In this document: piece after piece, positions 19,201 to 29,216 of the stretch
Layout: every line of letters begins with the position of its first letter
Numbering within the stretch: the stretch's first letter is position 1
NCBI GenBank assembly: GCA_013214205.1
Contig: JABSPQ010000127.1
Coordinates: 7,613 to 71,612, forward strand
DNA from: Flavobacteriales bacterium
GTDB lineage: Bacteria > Bacteroidota > Bacteroidia > DT-38
DNA length: 64,000 nucleotides
Direction: 5' to 3'
Made by a program: the position numbers and the translations under genes
The notes under the pieces: generated by a model
The model's input: the letters and a program-made list of their open reading frames with translations, nothing else
Told to the model about the DNA's origin: nothing
Databases searched by the model: none

Positions 19201-21223
19201 CTACATATTCAACCACTTTAGCCCTTGCTTCCAAAACTTCGGTTGAAGCAGTAAACCCTACTCCTGCTGTTGTAGAAGTTAAAGTCAATACTGGACCAAC
19301 AGATGAAACAGAAACACCTTTTTCATATAATTCAATAAATTTCTCTGTAACAAAGTCTGCAAGAGATTGTTTTATATCTCCATTTTTAAGTGCAATAAAA
19401 TATGCATCTTCTATTGTATCAGATGTGATTAATGTTAACAATACAGCTCCACCCATACCGTCAAAACTGAATACTTCTTCTTGTTTAGAGTATCCGCTAT
19501 CATTAATCATTGTGTATGTTGTAAACGGATCACCCGCAGTAATAGCTGTTAATGTAATTACACTATCTGTAGCCGTAACAGCAACTGAACCATCTATTAT
19601 TGGATTTGCAGCTGCAAAGTTTGCCAATGTAGTAGCAAGGTCTGTATCAAAATCAATTGAATAATCTGTACCGTTAACAGTTATATGTCCTTTACCGCAA
19701 GTCCCTTCAATATGATGCTCTACAATTTGTGCAACTGGAGTTTCTTGCACCAACGTACTAGTAAATACCACACCAATTTCTCGAGAAGTTAAAATTATTG
19801 TATCTCCACTAACTGATAGATCCGTATTGGTATAACTGGAAATATTCGCTGAATCAGTATCGAAAAAATTTGAAACCGTAGTTGCAAGGTCTGTATCGTA
19901 TACTACTCTAAATATCGAACTGTCAGTAACACTATTAAAAATGGTAAGTGTTGCTGAACCCGAGTCTCCTGTTAGTACATATTTATCAACTTGATTAACA
20001 CTACCAACTGCATTATTAATTGAATCTATCGTAAATGGCTCGCCTTCTTCCGCGGCAGTTAAAATAATTACGCCTGTATCAGCAGTTACTTCAATTTTCC
20101 CCATTAACCCAGTTAGCCCTGCTGCGTTTGCTGTAGCAAAATCATCGGCACTCGTAGCCAAATCACCATTAAAAGTTGCTGTATATATTGTATCATTAAT
20201 ATAAAAATTTGCTGTTCCTTCAGTTCCAGTTAATGTTATTGCAGTAACCTGTTTTGTTCCCCCATCAAAATTATCAAAAATGACAGCTGGGTCAGTTCCA
20301 CTTAAATCACTAAATATTAAACTTTCACCAATATTTGCAACACCTATATTGTCATCTGCTTCAAGATCTGCACCAAATGCAATAACAAAATTTGCTGCTG
20401 TTGTTTCTAGATCAGTATCAAATGTATGTGTATAAGGTGTTCCACTTCCAACTTGCAATGTCATAGAACCACCCGTTCCAATTAAAGTTAATGTAGTTGA
20501 GTTGATTGCGTTAGTCCAAGAATCACCGCCATCAGAAGAAACCATTAGACCATGATGAGTTGCTGCATAAATCCTTTCAGAGTTAGATGGATCTGCTGCC
20601 ATTTCGTTTACATATTGCCAAGCTTCTTGATCTCCTGTTGTCCAAGTAGAAGCAAGTTGAGTAAATGTAGCTCCGTTGTCTTCCGATTTAAAAACACCTT
20701 GTCCTGGCAAACCTGTTTCACCATCACCCATTGGGTACATAAAGCTTTCTCCCGTTCCTACATAAATATCGTTGTCTGCACCTTGTGTAATGCTTGCAAT
20801 GGCCAAACTCGACATATTATCGGCAGCAGGCTCCCAAGTTGTTCCTCCTGTTTGAGAAACAAATAGGCCACCACTAACTGATCCTGCAAACATTCTTGAA
20901 GAATTACTTTGGTCGTATAAAATGCTTCTGGTTCTTCCTCCAAAGTTATTTGGCCCTCTAGATTCCCAAGTTAAGTTTAAACTCTTACGAATAGAACGTC
21001 TACTATTCGTTCTAGCCTTATCCACATCAGCTTTATCAATTTTTCCAGTTATCTGATTCTTACGAACATCAAACAAAAAACTTTCTGAAGTAGCAGACTT
21101 TGATTCCTTTTCTTTTAAAGGTTTGTTGCCAAATCGTGGATCTTGATGGAGTTTAAACGCGAATGTTACAAAGACAAATAACACTCCTATTACTCCGATA
21201 ATTACACTTAAATTCTTTCTCAT
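16238..21223 (-). CDS. Large T9SS-secreted protein: BNR/VPS10-like beta-propeller with a ~710-aa repeat insert
   Basis: GPNNFGGRTR, S.DGG.TW Asp-boxes, AGTYGRGVY; CTD IYPNPV...GTYIV...KMVVIN. Confidence 0.9.
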   Translation of the reverse strand: MRKNLSVIIGVIGVLFVFVTFAFKLHQDPRFGNKPLKEKESKSATSESFLFDVRKNQITGKIDKADVDKARTNSRRSIRKSLNLTWESRGPNNFGGRTRSILYDQSNSSRMFAGSVSGGLFVSQTGGTTWEPAADNMSSLAIASITQGADNDIYVGTGESFMYPMGDGETGLPGQGVFKSEDNGATFTQLASTWTTGDQEAWQYVNEMAADPSNSERIYAATHHGLMVSSDGGDSWTNAINSTTLTLIGTGGSMTLQVGSGTPYTHTFDTDLETTAANFVIAFGADLEADDNIGVANIGESLIFSDLSGTDPAVIFDNFDGGTKQVTAITLTGTEGTANFYINDTIYTATFNGDLATSADDFATANAAGLTGLMGKIEVTADTGVIILTAAEEGEPFTIDSINNAVGSVNQVDKYVLTGDSGSATLTIFNSVTDSSIFRVVYDTDLATTVSNFFDTDSANISSYTNTDLSVSGDTIILTSREIGVVFTSTLVQETPVAQIVEHHIEGTCGKGHITVNGTDYSIDFDTDLATTLANFAAANPIIDGSVAVTATDSVITLTAITAGDPFTTYTMINDSGYSKQEEVFSFDGMGGAVLLTLITSDTIEDAYFIALKNGDIKQSLADFVTEKFIELYEKGVSVSSVGPVLTLTSTTAGVGFTASTEVLEARAKVVEYVVTGNLGEVTLYMNKDKYKFLDNGSVTEIAEKFYADYKAKLDTVEGIIMTQEDSLITFTAKVPGNDFPGFDGLLTSQSGELEVLATTLVPNFPLSKQVVYHMVGDLTPGIDKVILNVGSKYSLTTFKWENKADAPTLIEKINKFIKKDLNAKDAWNKQNITANRSGTSIYFTSSTQGGTFESEAPTVDKPSDLDAIYEVISEAVPAGDFEADQETTHENASCGLTGNRYTVIDNITSVNLGSSYFSDPANVSGLSGTFETLIGNVTGLDAVSFDSDSVARATDVEVGSDGSVIAIVGNVCFTSANGDPGTYVQRSNDFESNLLPIKGVGRIEVAIAPSDPNYVYASVAYTAEERDTEEKYLLEGVYQSTDKGARWDLIGPGGLSQSQFYPLFDGMYANTIVVNPNDRENILVAGLDIWKWTFDENWNKVSSAELELNDPLYVSTGIHDIVYHPTNTKTFYIATDAGIYNTRNGGSSFSKQNANYVSTQMLGAEMDVDGELLMSTVGNGVIYNSGFDINPNRGTQLYTDLGEVMSGGDVVISKIDPSIIFYSGTKFGYNGYEVINTVYRSENRGITVIDITQDEVYSSVVKMDLWESLYDTTNVDSVPYLTSGDPTEIVGSTIQLKSNTVMAGSGDFIYYWTTLTEDLSNRDKDSAWFTDVINSRFAVSGEDGSILIANDPLDIKTIPVAFGSIYEQHYYVPVELDTAAMHPATAIRFSADGNEIWVGMGGRLYRISKVLTLRGGKDVENLKISLVHDFEGRYITDIATSRKTSSHVVVTLGNYGNADYVYESQNATDATPLFISIQSDLPAMPVYSVLINLNDSTGAEIIIGTEYGVYSTDDAGASWNTDGDIIPQVPVTDLFQQYWKFSYTYGNLVAGTYGRGVYTSQDVVGVEEKVTVETSESSLSIYPNPVTDVANVSITVGESEKGVRLNVYSLSGTSIYTDVVTLIKGTNNFDLSVAGLSAGTYIVSATTSKEVLAAKMVVIN
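18375..20500 (-). repeat. Seven divergent ~80-100 aa protein repeats followed by five ~15-aa repeats
   Basis: Consensus QV....TG..G...hh.......F..DL.TT..NF......V......I.LT....G..F; short units of the form G.L.G.......N[VIA]. Confidence 0.8.
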
Positions 21224-21481
21224 CCCTATCTTTTTGTTTGGGGTTTTTAATGGTCGACCAAATTACACTAATAATACATCATAAAAAAGATTTCAAATTA
21301 TAAAATTGACGATCTATTTTACAAGATGAAACTCATCTCGCAACGCATTAACTCTGAGTAATTTGAATATTTTAAAAATTGACAAACAAGTTCTGTTTTT
21401 TTCAATTCAAGACTAATACCCTAAACGCTTGTGAGCACCCTGAATGAAGAACAATAAAAAACAGATTATTTAATAAGGATA

Positions 21482-22345
21482 TTAGGCCATATGGCGTTCT
21501 GCATGATATGACGACCTAACCAGCGGGCCTGATTCGACGTAATCAAAGCCTCTTTTTATTCCTTCAGCTTTAAGTGCTTCAAATTTATCTGGATGAATAA
21601 ATTCTACAACAGGAAGATGTTTAGATGTTGGTTGAAGATATTGCCCCATAGTAAGCACATCGCAATTAACTGAAACCAAGTCATCCATGGCTTCATATAT
21701 TTCGTCATCGGTTTCTCCTAACCCGAGCATCAAACCAGATTTAGAACGAATACCAGCCTCACTTACTCGCCTTATTACCTCCATGCTTCTATCGTATTTA
21801 GCTTGGATTCGAACTTCTTTTGTTAACCTTTTAACCGTTTCTATATTGTGAGATATTATTTCGGGAGCGGCTTCAATTAATCTTTGCAAATTATCCCAAT
21901 CACCCTTAAAGTCTGGAATTAACGTTTCCATGGTAGTACCTGAATTTAACCTTCGGATAGACGCGATAGTTTTAACCCAAATATCAGAACCGCCATCGGC
22001 CAGGTCATCCCTATCTACAGACGTTATCACACAATGTTTAACATTCATCAACTTTACAGCTTTGGCCACCTTAAGCGGCTCATAAATATCAACATCATCC
22101 GGTCTGCCAGTAGATACGGCGCAAAACCCGCAAGAACGTGTACAAATATTACCCAATATCATAAAGGTTGCGGTTCCCTCACCCCAGCATTCTCCCTTGT
22201 TTGGGCAATTGCCGCTGTCGCAAATAGTATTCAACTTATTGTCTCTTACTATCTTTTGAAGGTCGGTAAACTCAGGCCCACTAGGCAACCTTACTTTAAG
22301 CCAATCAGGCTTCTTTTTCTTTTCTTTCGAGACTATGCTACTCAT
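21482..22345 (-). CDS. lipA: Lipoyl synthase
   Basis: [31 protein letters not shown]. Confidence 0.98.
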   Translation of the reverse strand: MSSIVSKEKKKKPDWLKVRLPSGPEFTDLQKIVRDNKLNTICDSGNCPNKGECWGEGTATFMILGNICTRSCGFCAVSTGRPDDVDIYEPLKVAKAVKLMNVKHCVITSVDRDDLADGGSDIWVKTIASIRRLNSGTTMETLIPDFKGDWDNLQRLIEAAPEIISHNIETVKRLTKEVRIQAKYDRSMEVIRRVSEAGIRSKSGLMLGLGETDDEIYEAMDDLVSVNCDVLTMGQYLQPTSKHLPVVEFIHPDKFEALKAEGIKRGFDYVESGPLVRSSYHAERHMA

Positions 22346-23079
22346 TAATTATGGAATTTTTTACCCATATAAAAACTTATGTAATACGACAGGATAAAGC
22401 TTTGGTTTTCCTCAATCGCCATCAAAGGAATTTTCTTTAGATACATATCTGCCGTTAAGCCCACTTCTATTGCCATCACTCGATCGTAATAAGAAGAAAA
22501 ATCAAAATTCAAACCCAGTTTTGTATACAGGCCTGGCATTACTTTGGTTTCCAATAATCCGTTATTATAAGTGGCTCTTCCGTAAATATTACCAGGGTTA
22601 TGTTCATCCGGATCATACCTTTCAATAATTCTATCGCTGCCATTATCCACAATTAAATATACTGGTTTTAAAAAAGCAATAGATGGCCCCACATGATAGT
22701 TGCATTTAATCTCTATATTTCTCAAAGACTCCTTTGCAGCTAGTGTTTTTTGCCAAAAAATACCCGATCGAAAAACAATCATTGAATTCAATTTACCATA
22801 TCGATATGTTTTATCCTCGGCCACCCCATTTCTTGCAAATTTAACTTCCTTAGGGTGTCGCATGTTAAGCAATTCAAAAGAATACATTGACTTTTTCATC
22901 ACTGATTTACCCTTCCGAGTACGATATCCCATATGAAATCCAATCCGATGAACTCCACCACCGAACATTTTTTCGCTACGGTACAAAACATCTTGCCCTG
23001 GATCACTAACTTCCTTCTGACAGAAGCCATAACCTACGTTTGTGAGTAGAAAAATGAAGAAAAGGAATGATTGCTTCAA
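22345..23079 (-). CDS. Conserved hypothetical exported, probably outer-membrane protein
   Basis: Signal peptide; YGKLN and HVGPS..FLKPVYL; alternating C-terminal strand; stop overlaps the lipA start (TAATG). Confidence 0.75.
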   Translation of the reverse strand: MKQSFLFFIFLLTNVGYGFCQKEVSDPGQDVLYRSEKMFGGGVHRIGFHMGYRTRKGKSVMKKSMYSFELLNMRHPKEVKFARNGVAEDKTYRYGKLNSMIVFRSGIFWQKTLAAKESLRNIEIKCNYHVGPSIAFLKPVYLIVDNGSDRIIERYDPDEHNPGNIYGRATYNNGLLETKVMPGLYTKLGLNFDFSSYYDRVMAIEVGLTADMYLKKIPLMAIEENQSFILSYYISFYMGKKFHN

Positions 23080-23227
23080 TTCAAATGGATATAATGCAAA
23101 TATAAGTTTATATACGATCTAAGATAGGGAAAAGTATATGTATGCAATGATTTTACAATACTTTAAAAGCATCATTTATTCTCAGCTAAAATCTGGATAA
23201 ACAATAAGATTTAACGAATTTTCCTGT

Positions 23228-23368
23228 TTAAGAAGGAATTTCTGCTTGATTAACAATAACATGTCCGTAAGCTGGACATCTATATGCAGAACCATGACCA
23301 CCTCCACACGCACTTAATAATGAAATTGCGGCAACAGCTACGAGAAGTAAAACAACAAGTTTTTTCAT
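23228..23368 (-). CDS. 46-aa lipoprotein with CPAY motif (not in ORF track)
   Basis: MKKLVVLLLVAVAAISLLSACGGGHGSAYRCPAYGHVIVNQAEIPS; lipobox LSAC; TAACTTTG promoter element at ~23428-23435. Confidence 0.8.
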   Translation of the reverse strand: MKKLVVLLLVAVAAISLLSACGGGHGSAYRCPAYGHVIVNQAEIPS

Positions 23369-23527
23369 TTATTGATAAGCCCTATCTTTTATTAGTGTCT
23401 AATACTTAAATTTGATTCACTGTTGTACAAAGTTAATCTTTTAATCAATTTAAGCAAATATCGTCTTATACGATTACACTTATTATAAGTTCTCTGTATA
23501 TACTATTTATTGTTAATGTTACCTATT

Positions 23528-24205
23528 ATGGAGCAAGATTCAAGCATCCCCAAGATCCATCAAAGTTGGAAGAAAGTTCTTTACAACGAGCTTAATTCAC
23601 AGTATTTCAAAGACTTAAATATTTTCTTATTGAAAGAGAAAAAGCATCATACCATATTTCCTGCGGTCGAAAATATTTTTTCGGCATTTAACAAAACAAC
23701 CTTCGAACAGGTAAAAGTTGTAATAATCGGACAAGACCCTTACCATGGTGATAATCAGGCGCATGGATTGTCGTTTTCCGTTCCCGAAGGAATTAAGCTT
23801 CCGCCTTCATTAAAAAACATTTTCAAAGAGATAAACGTCGATCTAGGTAAAGGTATTCCTGAATCGGGTAATTTAGAAAGATGGGCAGACCAAGGCGTGC
23901 TCTTACTTAATGCCACCTTAACAGTAAAGGCACACGAAGCCGGCTCGCATCAAAAAAAAGGATGGGAACCATTTACAGATGCAGTAATTAAAAATTTATC
24001 GGATGGCAAGGAAAACCTCATTTTCCTTTTATGGGGCAGGTTTGCCCAAAAGAAGGCAAGCTTAATTGATGCCGATAAACATCACATTTTAGAAGCAGCA
24101 CATCCATCACCCTTCTCGGCGTACAACGGTTTTTTTGGATGTAACCATTTCTCAAAAACTAACGAAATTCTAAGTTCTTTAGGATTACCTGCGATTGAAT
24201 GGTAA
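23528..24205 (+). CDS. ung: Uracil-DNA glycosylase
   Basis: GQDPYH, GVLLLN, HPSPFS. Confidence 0.97.
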   Translation: MEQDSSIPKIHQSWKKVLYNELNSQYFKDLNIFLLKEKKHHTIFPAVENIFSAFNKTTFEQVKVVIIGQDPYHGDNQAHGLSFSVPEGIKLPPSLKNIFKEINVDLGKGIPESGNLERWADQGVLLLNATLTVKAHEAGSHQKKGWEPFTDAVIKNLSDGKENLIFLLWGRFAQKKASLIDADKHHILEAAHPSPFSAYNGFFGCNHFSKTNEILSSLGLPAIEW

Positions 24206-24270
24206 GAACAGATATTTTACTAATCAATATTAGACCACTAACTTCGTTAGACTAAAAAATTCAAACAATT

Positions 24271-25995
24271 TTGACCAGGTCGTTTTATACTGCTGTTTTA
24301 ATATTGGGCTTAAGCTTCTCTTTGTTTTCGAAAGACGACTTCAAGCTCACCATGCACATAAACGACTCTACAATCAATTTATCCAACATCAAGAGTTTAG
24401 AAACTCCAAAAACAAAATTTAATAACCCCAAACAACGACTGAGCTACCTAAGATCAATCAGGTCGGAATTGATTGCCTCTGGATACTTGGGTGCTTATTT
24501 TATGCACGAAAAGATGGACAGTCTTTTACTGGAAACCACCCTATACCCCGGCTTTCAATACAAAGTTGCACAGTTAGGCCCAGGCAATATTAATGAAGGA
24601 TTATTGAGCAAAATAGGATTCAGAGAGAAGCTTTACGCCAATAAGCCTTTCAATCAGCTTGAGGTTAAAAAGTTGATTGAAAAAATCTTGGTGCAATACG
24701 AAGACAGCGGCTACCCTTTTGCCTCGGTGGCAATGGAAAACATTTCGATTAGTTCGGATACAATTAGTGCAACACTCCATGTAGATCGAAAAAGAGAAAT
24801 CGTAATCGATTCGGTTATAATTAAGGGTGATGCGGATATTGAGTACATATACATCACCAAGTACCTTGGGCTTAAAACTGGCGACCAGTATAGCGAAGCG
24901 GTAATTAAAAACATCAAGCCCAAACTCAACGAATTGCCTTTTATAAAAACGATTAAACCTTCTGTTGTACGTTTTACAGAAGACAAAACGGAAATAATTT
25001 TGTATCTAGAAGATAAAAAGGCAAGTAAATTCAATGGAATCATAGGCTTTTTACCCAATAGTGAAACGAAAAAACTAACTGTTACCGGCGACGTTTTTCT
25101 TAAGTTAAACAACTCTCTTGGCAAAGGAGAATTGATTGAATTTAACTGGAGATCGCTCCAACCAAGAACATCCGATCTAACAACAAAATTTAACTACCCA
25201 TTTATTTTTAAGTCGCCATTTGGAATTGATTTAAACTTTAAACTGTACAAAAAAGACACTTTATTTATTACAACAGATTATCAACTAGGCGTGGAATATC
25301 TACTAAAAGGAGGTAATTATTTTAAAGTTTTTTGGGACAGAAAGAAAACTTCGCTGCTGAATGATCAAGATGAAAATTCGAGCGATTTATATGCCAACAC
25401 CGATTTTACTGTGTATGGTCTTGGAATGCGAAAAGAGAAGCTGGATTACCGGATTAATCCAAGAAAGGGCTATTCCATAGAAGGAGAAGTTGGTGTTGGA
25501 AGAAGAAAAGAAAAGGCTTTGATTAATGGCGATGAAGACCCCAAACCGAATACTCAATTTAAAACAAAAGGGAATTTGCATGTATTTATTCCAATTAAAG
25601 CAAGAAGTACAATAATGATGCGAATCAACGGGGCATATTTATCAAGTGATAAAAATTACGACAACGAGATGTTCCGAATAGGTGGTCTTAAAACCTTTAG
25701 AGGATTCGATGAAGAAACTATTTTAGCATCTTCGTATGCCATTTTTTCTTTAGAATATAGAATCCTGTTGGAGCAAAATTCCAACGTTTATCTATTTACC
25801 GATGTTGGTTGGTTTGAGTATAAAAGTGTAAATAAAGAATTTAGAGATGATATTCCTTATGGGTTTGGCGCGGGCATGAATTTTCAAACCAAAGCAGGAA
25901 TATTTAGCGTAAACTATGCACTGGGGGCTCAACTAAACAATCCTATCTTGTTTAAATCGGCAAAACTTCATTTCGGGATTATAAACTATTTCTAG
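24271..25995 (+). CDS. BamA/TamA (Omp85) family outer membrane protein with POTRA domain
   Basis: GYPFA, RIGGLKTFRGFDE, terminal Phe. Confidence 0.88.
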   Translation: MTRSFYTAVLILGLSFSLFSKDDFKLTMHINDSTINLSNIKSLETPKTKFNNPKQRLSYLRSIRSELIASGYLGAYFMHEKMDSLLLETTLYPGFQYKVAQLGPGNINEGLLSKIGFREKLYANKPFNQLEVKKLIEKILVQYEDSGYPFASVAMENISISSDTISATLHVDRKREIVIDSVIIKGDADIEYIYITKYLGLKTGDQYSEAVIKNIKPKLNELPFIKTIKPSVVRFTEDKTEIILYLEDKKASKFNGIIGFLPNSETKKLTVTGDVFLKLNNSLGKGELIEFNWRSLQPRTSDLTTKFNYPFIFKSPFGIDLNFKLYKKDTLFITTDYQLGVEYLLKGGNYFKVFWDRKKTSLLNDQDENSSDLYANTDFTVYGLGMRKEKLDYRINPRKGYSIEGEVGVGRRKEKALINGDEDPKPNTQFKTKGNLHVFIPIKARSTIMMRINGAYLSSDKNYDNEMFRIGGLKTFRGFDEETILASSYAIFSLEYRILLEQNSNVYLFTDVGWFEYKSVNKEFRDDIPYGFGAGMNFQTKAGIFSVNYALGAQLNNPILFKSAKLHFGIINYF

Positions 25996-26045
25996 CCTCT
26001 ATTAACCGAATCAAATAACCTAACTTTGCTTTACTAAACAAGTAG

Positions 26046-27173
26046 ATGCTAGAGGGAGCCATTATATTTATCTTACTCATTTTAATTGCTGCGGTAGCTT
26101 ATTTAATTATAGAATTAAAAAAGCAGCCTAAAGGAGCAACTGACTCTCAACAATTATTGGTTGATTTGAACGAAAACCTGAGAAAAGAAATTGGCGAAAT
26201 AAGAAATAGAATGGAAGCGTCGAGTAATGAAAGCCGCAAAGAAGTTCAAAGCCAGATAGAGAAAATAAACTCAGAAATTTCCTCCTACCAAAAGGCCTCT
26301 ACCGAAACGATTCAAAAACAGTTTAGCAGCAGTTATAAAATAATTACGGAGGTTACCGAAAAGCTCACCAGTATTGAAGACACCAATAAACAGGTGCTTG
26401 GTTTTGCAGAACAAATGCGAAGTTTAGAAAATATTTTACAAAACCCAAAACAGCGCGGTATTCTAGGCGAATATTTTTTAGAAGCTTTACTCAACAATAT
26501 TCTGCAACCAAATCAATACAAGATGCAGTACAAGTTTTCTAACGGAGAAATAGTAGATGCGGCAATTTTTTTTAATAAAAAAATCATTCCTGTCGATTCA
26601 AAGTTCTCTCTAGAAAAATACAATCAGATGGTTCAAACGACCGACAAAGATTTAAGGATTCAATTAGAAAAAGATTTTAAAAACGACATAAAGAATAGAA
26701 TTGACGAAACAGCCAAGTACATTAGGCCAGACGAAGACACCACTGAATTTGCATTTATGTTTATTCCGGCCGAAGGGGTTTATTACAACCTTTTAATATA
26801 CAATGTAGGTACTGTAGAGATGAACACGCAAGATCTGATTGAGTATGCATTTGGCAAGCGCGTTATCATTGTATCACCAACTTCTTTTTACGCATATTTA
26901 GAAACTGTATTACAAGGCCTAAAAGCGCTTAAATTTGAAGAGTCGGTAAAAGACATTATAAAACGTGTAGGACTACTGGGAAAGCATTTAAATGCATACG
27001 AGATATTTTTAAATAAACTTGGGAAAAACCTAAGTACTACGGTAAACATGTACAATGATGCCTCGAAAGAATTTAAAAAAATTGATAAGGATGTTGTTCG
27101 AATTACTGATGCAAATGCCGCCAGTTCATTTGAACCGCTTACCATTGATAAACCAAATGAATTAACCGAATAA
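26046..27173 (+). CDS. rmuC: DNA recombination protein RmuC
   Basis: N-terminal TM and coiled coil; KQRGILGE, VDSKF, FAFMFIPAE, IVSPT. Confidence 0.95.
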   Translation: MLEGAIIFILLILIAAVAYLIIELKKQPKGATDSQQLLVDLNENLRKEIGEIRNRMEASSNESRKEVQSQIEKINSEISSYQKASTETIQKQFSSSYKIITEVTEKLTSIEDTNKQVLGFAEQMRSLENILQNPKQRGILGEYFLEALLNNILQPNQYKMQYKFSNGEIVDAAIFFNKKIIPVDSKFSLEKYNQMVQTTDKDLRIQLEKDFKNDIKNRIDETAKYIRPDEDTTEFAFMFIPAEGVYYNLLIYNVGTVEMNTQDLIEYAFGKRVIIVSPTSFYAYLETVLQGLKALKFEESVKDIIKRVGLLGKHLNAYEIFLNKLGKNLSTTVNMYNDASKEFKKIDKDVVRITDANAASSFEPLTIDKPNELTE

Positions 27174-27185
27174 TTAAGAACAATT

Positions 27186-28454
27186 GTGAGAAACAGTTCC
27201 ATCTTATTTTTTCTTTTATTATGTGCTCTTGTTGCCTGTACAGGCCCTCGCAACATTAGCAATGTTAACTTGTCTTATTTATACAAGGACGGTTCTCTTA
27301 TAAAGCCAGAGTTTAAGATCTATCATTTATCGGCAAATAAATCAAGACTTTATTTAAAACTTAAATCCAACCAATTTCTTCATACGAAAGAACTAAACGA
27401 CGAGAAGTTTAACGCTAAAATTATTGTTCGTGTTGATGTTTTAAATTCCTATGAATCGTCCGACCTCATCGATAGCGTTTCGGCCAGTATTACACATTTT
27501 GGTGTAAATGAAGACAAGCACAAATTGCTAAAACACCTTGACCTTAATGTTACTATGAGTAGTAATCTTCTTCTAAAAATTACCATTACTGATGTAAAAA
27601 GGCAGCTCACTAATATTTTCTATAAAAACATGAGCAAATCCAATAAATATGAAGGGCTCAACTTCCATATTGCTAAAGCGGGAAATGAGGGACCTCTGTT
27701 TGGAAATTATGTCGAAAACAATTCAGAATATCACATTATCTGTTCGAATCAAACTGTTCAAAAGCTCTATGTTAGATACTATAAAAACACTAAAACCCTA
27801 CCTCTTCCACCGCATTCAACAAATAAAATTGAGCCCTTAAGCTATAAGGCAGACAGTTTGTTTATAATCAATATGGCCACGGATTCTACTTTTATTTTTA
27901 AACCAAAGAGTCGAGGAGTTTACCATTTTCAAATAAACAAAGAGGTTAGAGATGGTTTGACCTTGGTTAATTTTACGCCTAACTATCCTAAAATTACCAG
28001 TATTGCAGAATTGGTAGAACCTCTACGATATATCACTAATAAGGATGAATTTATTGAACTGATTGAAAGTAAAAACAAAAAATCTTCTATCGATAAGTTC
28101 TGGATTTCTTTAGGAAAAGACCCTACCCGATCTAAATCGTTGATTAAAACATATTATAAAAGAATAGAAAAAGCGAACGAAATGTTTGCCGCACATGTAG
28201 AAGGATGGAGAACGGATAGAGGGTTAATTTATGCAGTAATGGGCCCGCCTAACAGTATTTACAGAGTAAACAATTCGGAAACTTGGATTTATGGTGAGGA
28301 TCAAAGTCCTCAAGCACTTAATTTCACCTTTATTGTCAACAAAAATCCTTTTACCGACAACGATTATTATCTTATCAGATCAGAGGCATATAAAAATGTA
28401 TGGATGATGGCTGTGGAGAGTTGGAGACAAGGAAGGGCGTTTAATGCAAAATAA
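27186..28454 (+). CDS. GWxTD domain lipoprotein
   Basis: Lipobox LVAC; EGWRTDRGLIYAVMGPP. Confidence 0.92.
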   Translation: MRNSSILFFLLLCALVACTGPRNISNVNLSYLYKDGSLIKPEFKIYHLSANKSRLYLKLKSNQFLHTKELNDEKFNAKIIVRVDVLNSYESSDLIDSVSASITHFGVNEDKHKLLKHLDLNVTMSSNLLLKITITDVKRQLTNIFYKNMSKSNKYEGLNFHIAKAGNEGPLFGNYVENNSEYHIICSNQTVQKLYVRYYKNTKTLPLPPHSTNKIEPLSYKADSLFIINMATDSTFIFKPKSRGVYHFQINKEVRDGLTLVNFTPNYPKITSIAELVEPLRYITNKDEFIELIESKNKKSSIDKFWISLGKDPTRSKSLIKTYYKRIEKANEMFAAHVEGWRTDRGLIYAVMGPPNSIYRVNNSETWIYGEDQSPQALNFTFIVNKNPFTDNDYYLIRSEAYKNVWMMAVESWRQGRAFNAK

Positions 28455-28457
28455 AAG

Positions 28458-29216
28458 ATGGAGTACACAAATAAAAAAGAGAAGACAGACAATGATTTAA
28501 TTTATGGGTTTCACCCATTGCTTGAAGCAATAAATCAAGGGAAGGAGATCAATAAAATAATGATTCAGAAAGGGCTAAGAGGTCCTTTGTTTTCTGAATT
28601 GAACAAGAAAATCAAATTGTTGGATATACAACTTCAACATGTTCCTATTGAAAAACTAAATAGAGTTTGCAAAAAGAACCACCAAGGCATTATTGCATAC
28701 TTATCGCCAATAGCATATACTTCTTTAGACATGCTACTCCCAACGATCTATGAAAAAGGCGAAACCCCTCTTCTTTTAATTTTAGATCAAATTACTGATG
28801 TAAGAAATTTTGGTGCCATTAGTAGAACAGCAGAATGCGCAGGTGTACATGGCATTATTTTACCAGCTAAAGGAGGCGTTTTAATTACTTCCGATGCAAT
28901 TAAAGTATCGTCTGGTGCATTACACAAAATTCCGGTTTGTAAAACCAATAGCATTTCGGAAACACTTCAATATATTAAAGACAGCGGAATTCAAATTGTT
29001 GCATGTACCGAACATACCGAAGAAGCATATCACAAAGTAGATTTCACAGTACCTACTGCCATTATTATGGGATCGGAGGAAAGTGGGATTTCGCAGGAGG
29101 CTTTTAGGTTAAGCGACAAAAAAGTAAAAATTCCTATGGTTGGAGAAATTGAATCTCTTAATGTTTCTGTTGCCGCTGGTGTAATTCTGTTTGAAACAGT
29201 GAAACAACGCGGTTAA
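28458..29216 (+). CDS. rlmB: 23S rRNA (G2251-2'-O)-methyltransferase
   Basis: NHQG, D.RNFGAI.R, MGSEE.G, ESLNVSVA. Confidence 0.96.
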   Translation: MEYTNKKEKTDNDLIYGFHPLLEAINQGKEINKIMIQKGLRGPLFSELNKKIKLLDIQLQHVPIEKLNRVCKKNHQGIIAYLSPIAYTSLDMLLPTIYEKGETPLLLILDQITDVRNFGAISRTAECAGVHGIILPAKGGVLITSDAIKVSSGALHKIPVCKTNSISETLQYIKDSGIQIVACTEHTEEAYHKVDFTVPTAIIMGSEESGISQEAFRLSDKKVKIPMVGEIESLNVSVAAGVILFETVKQRG

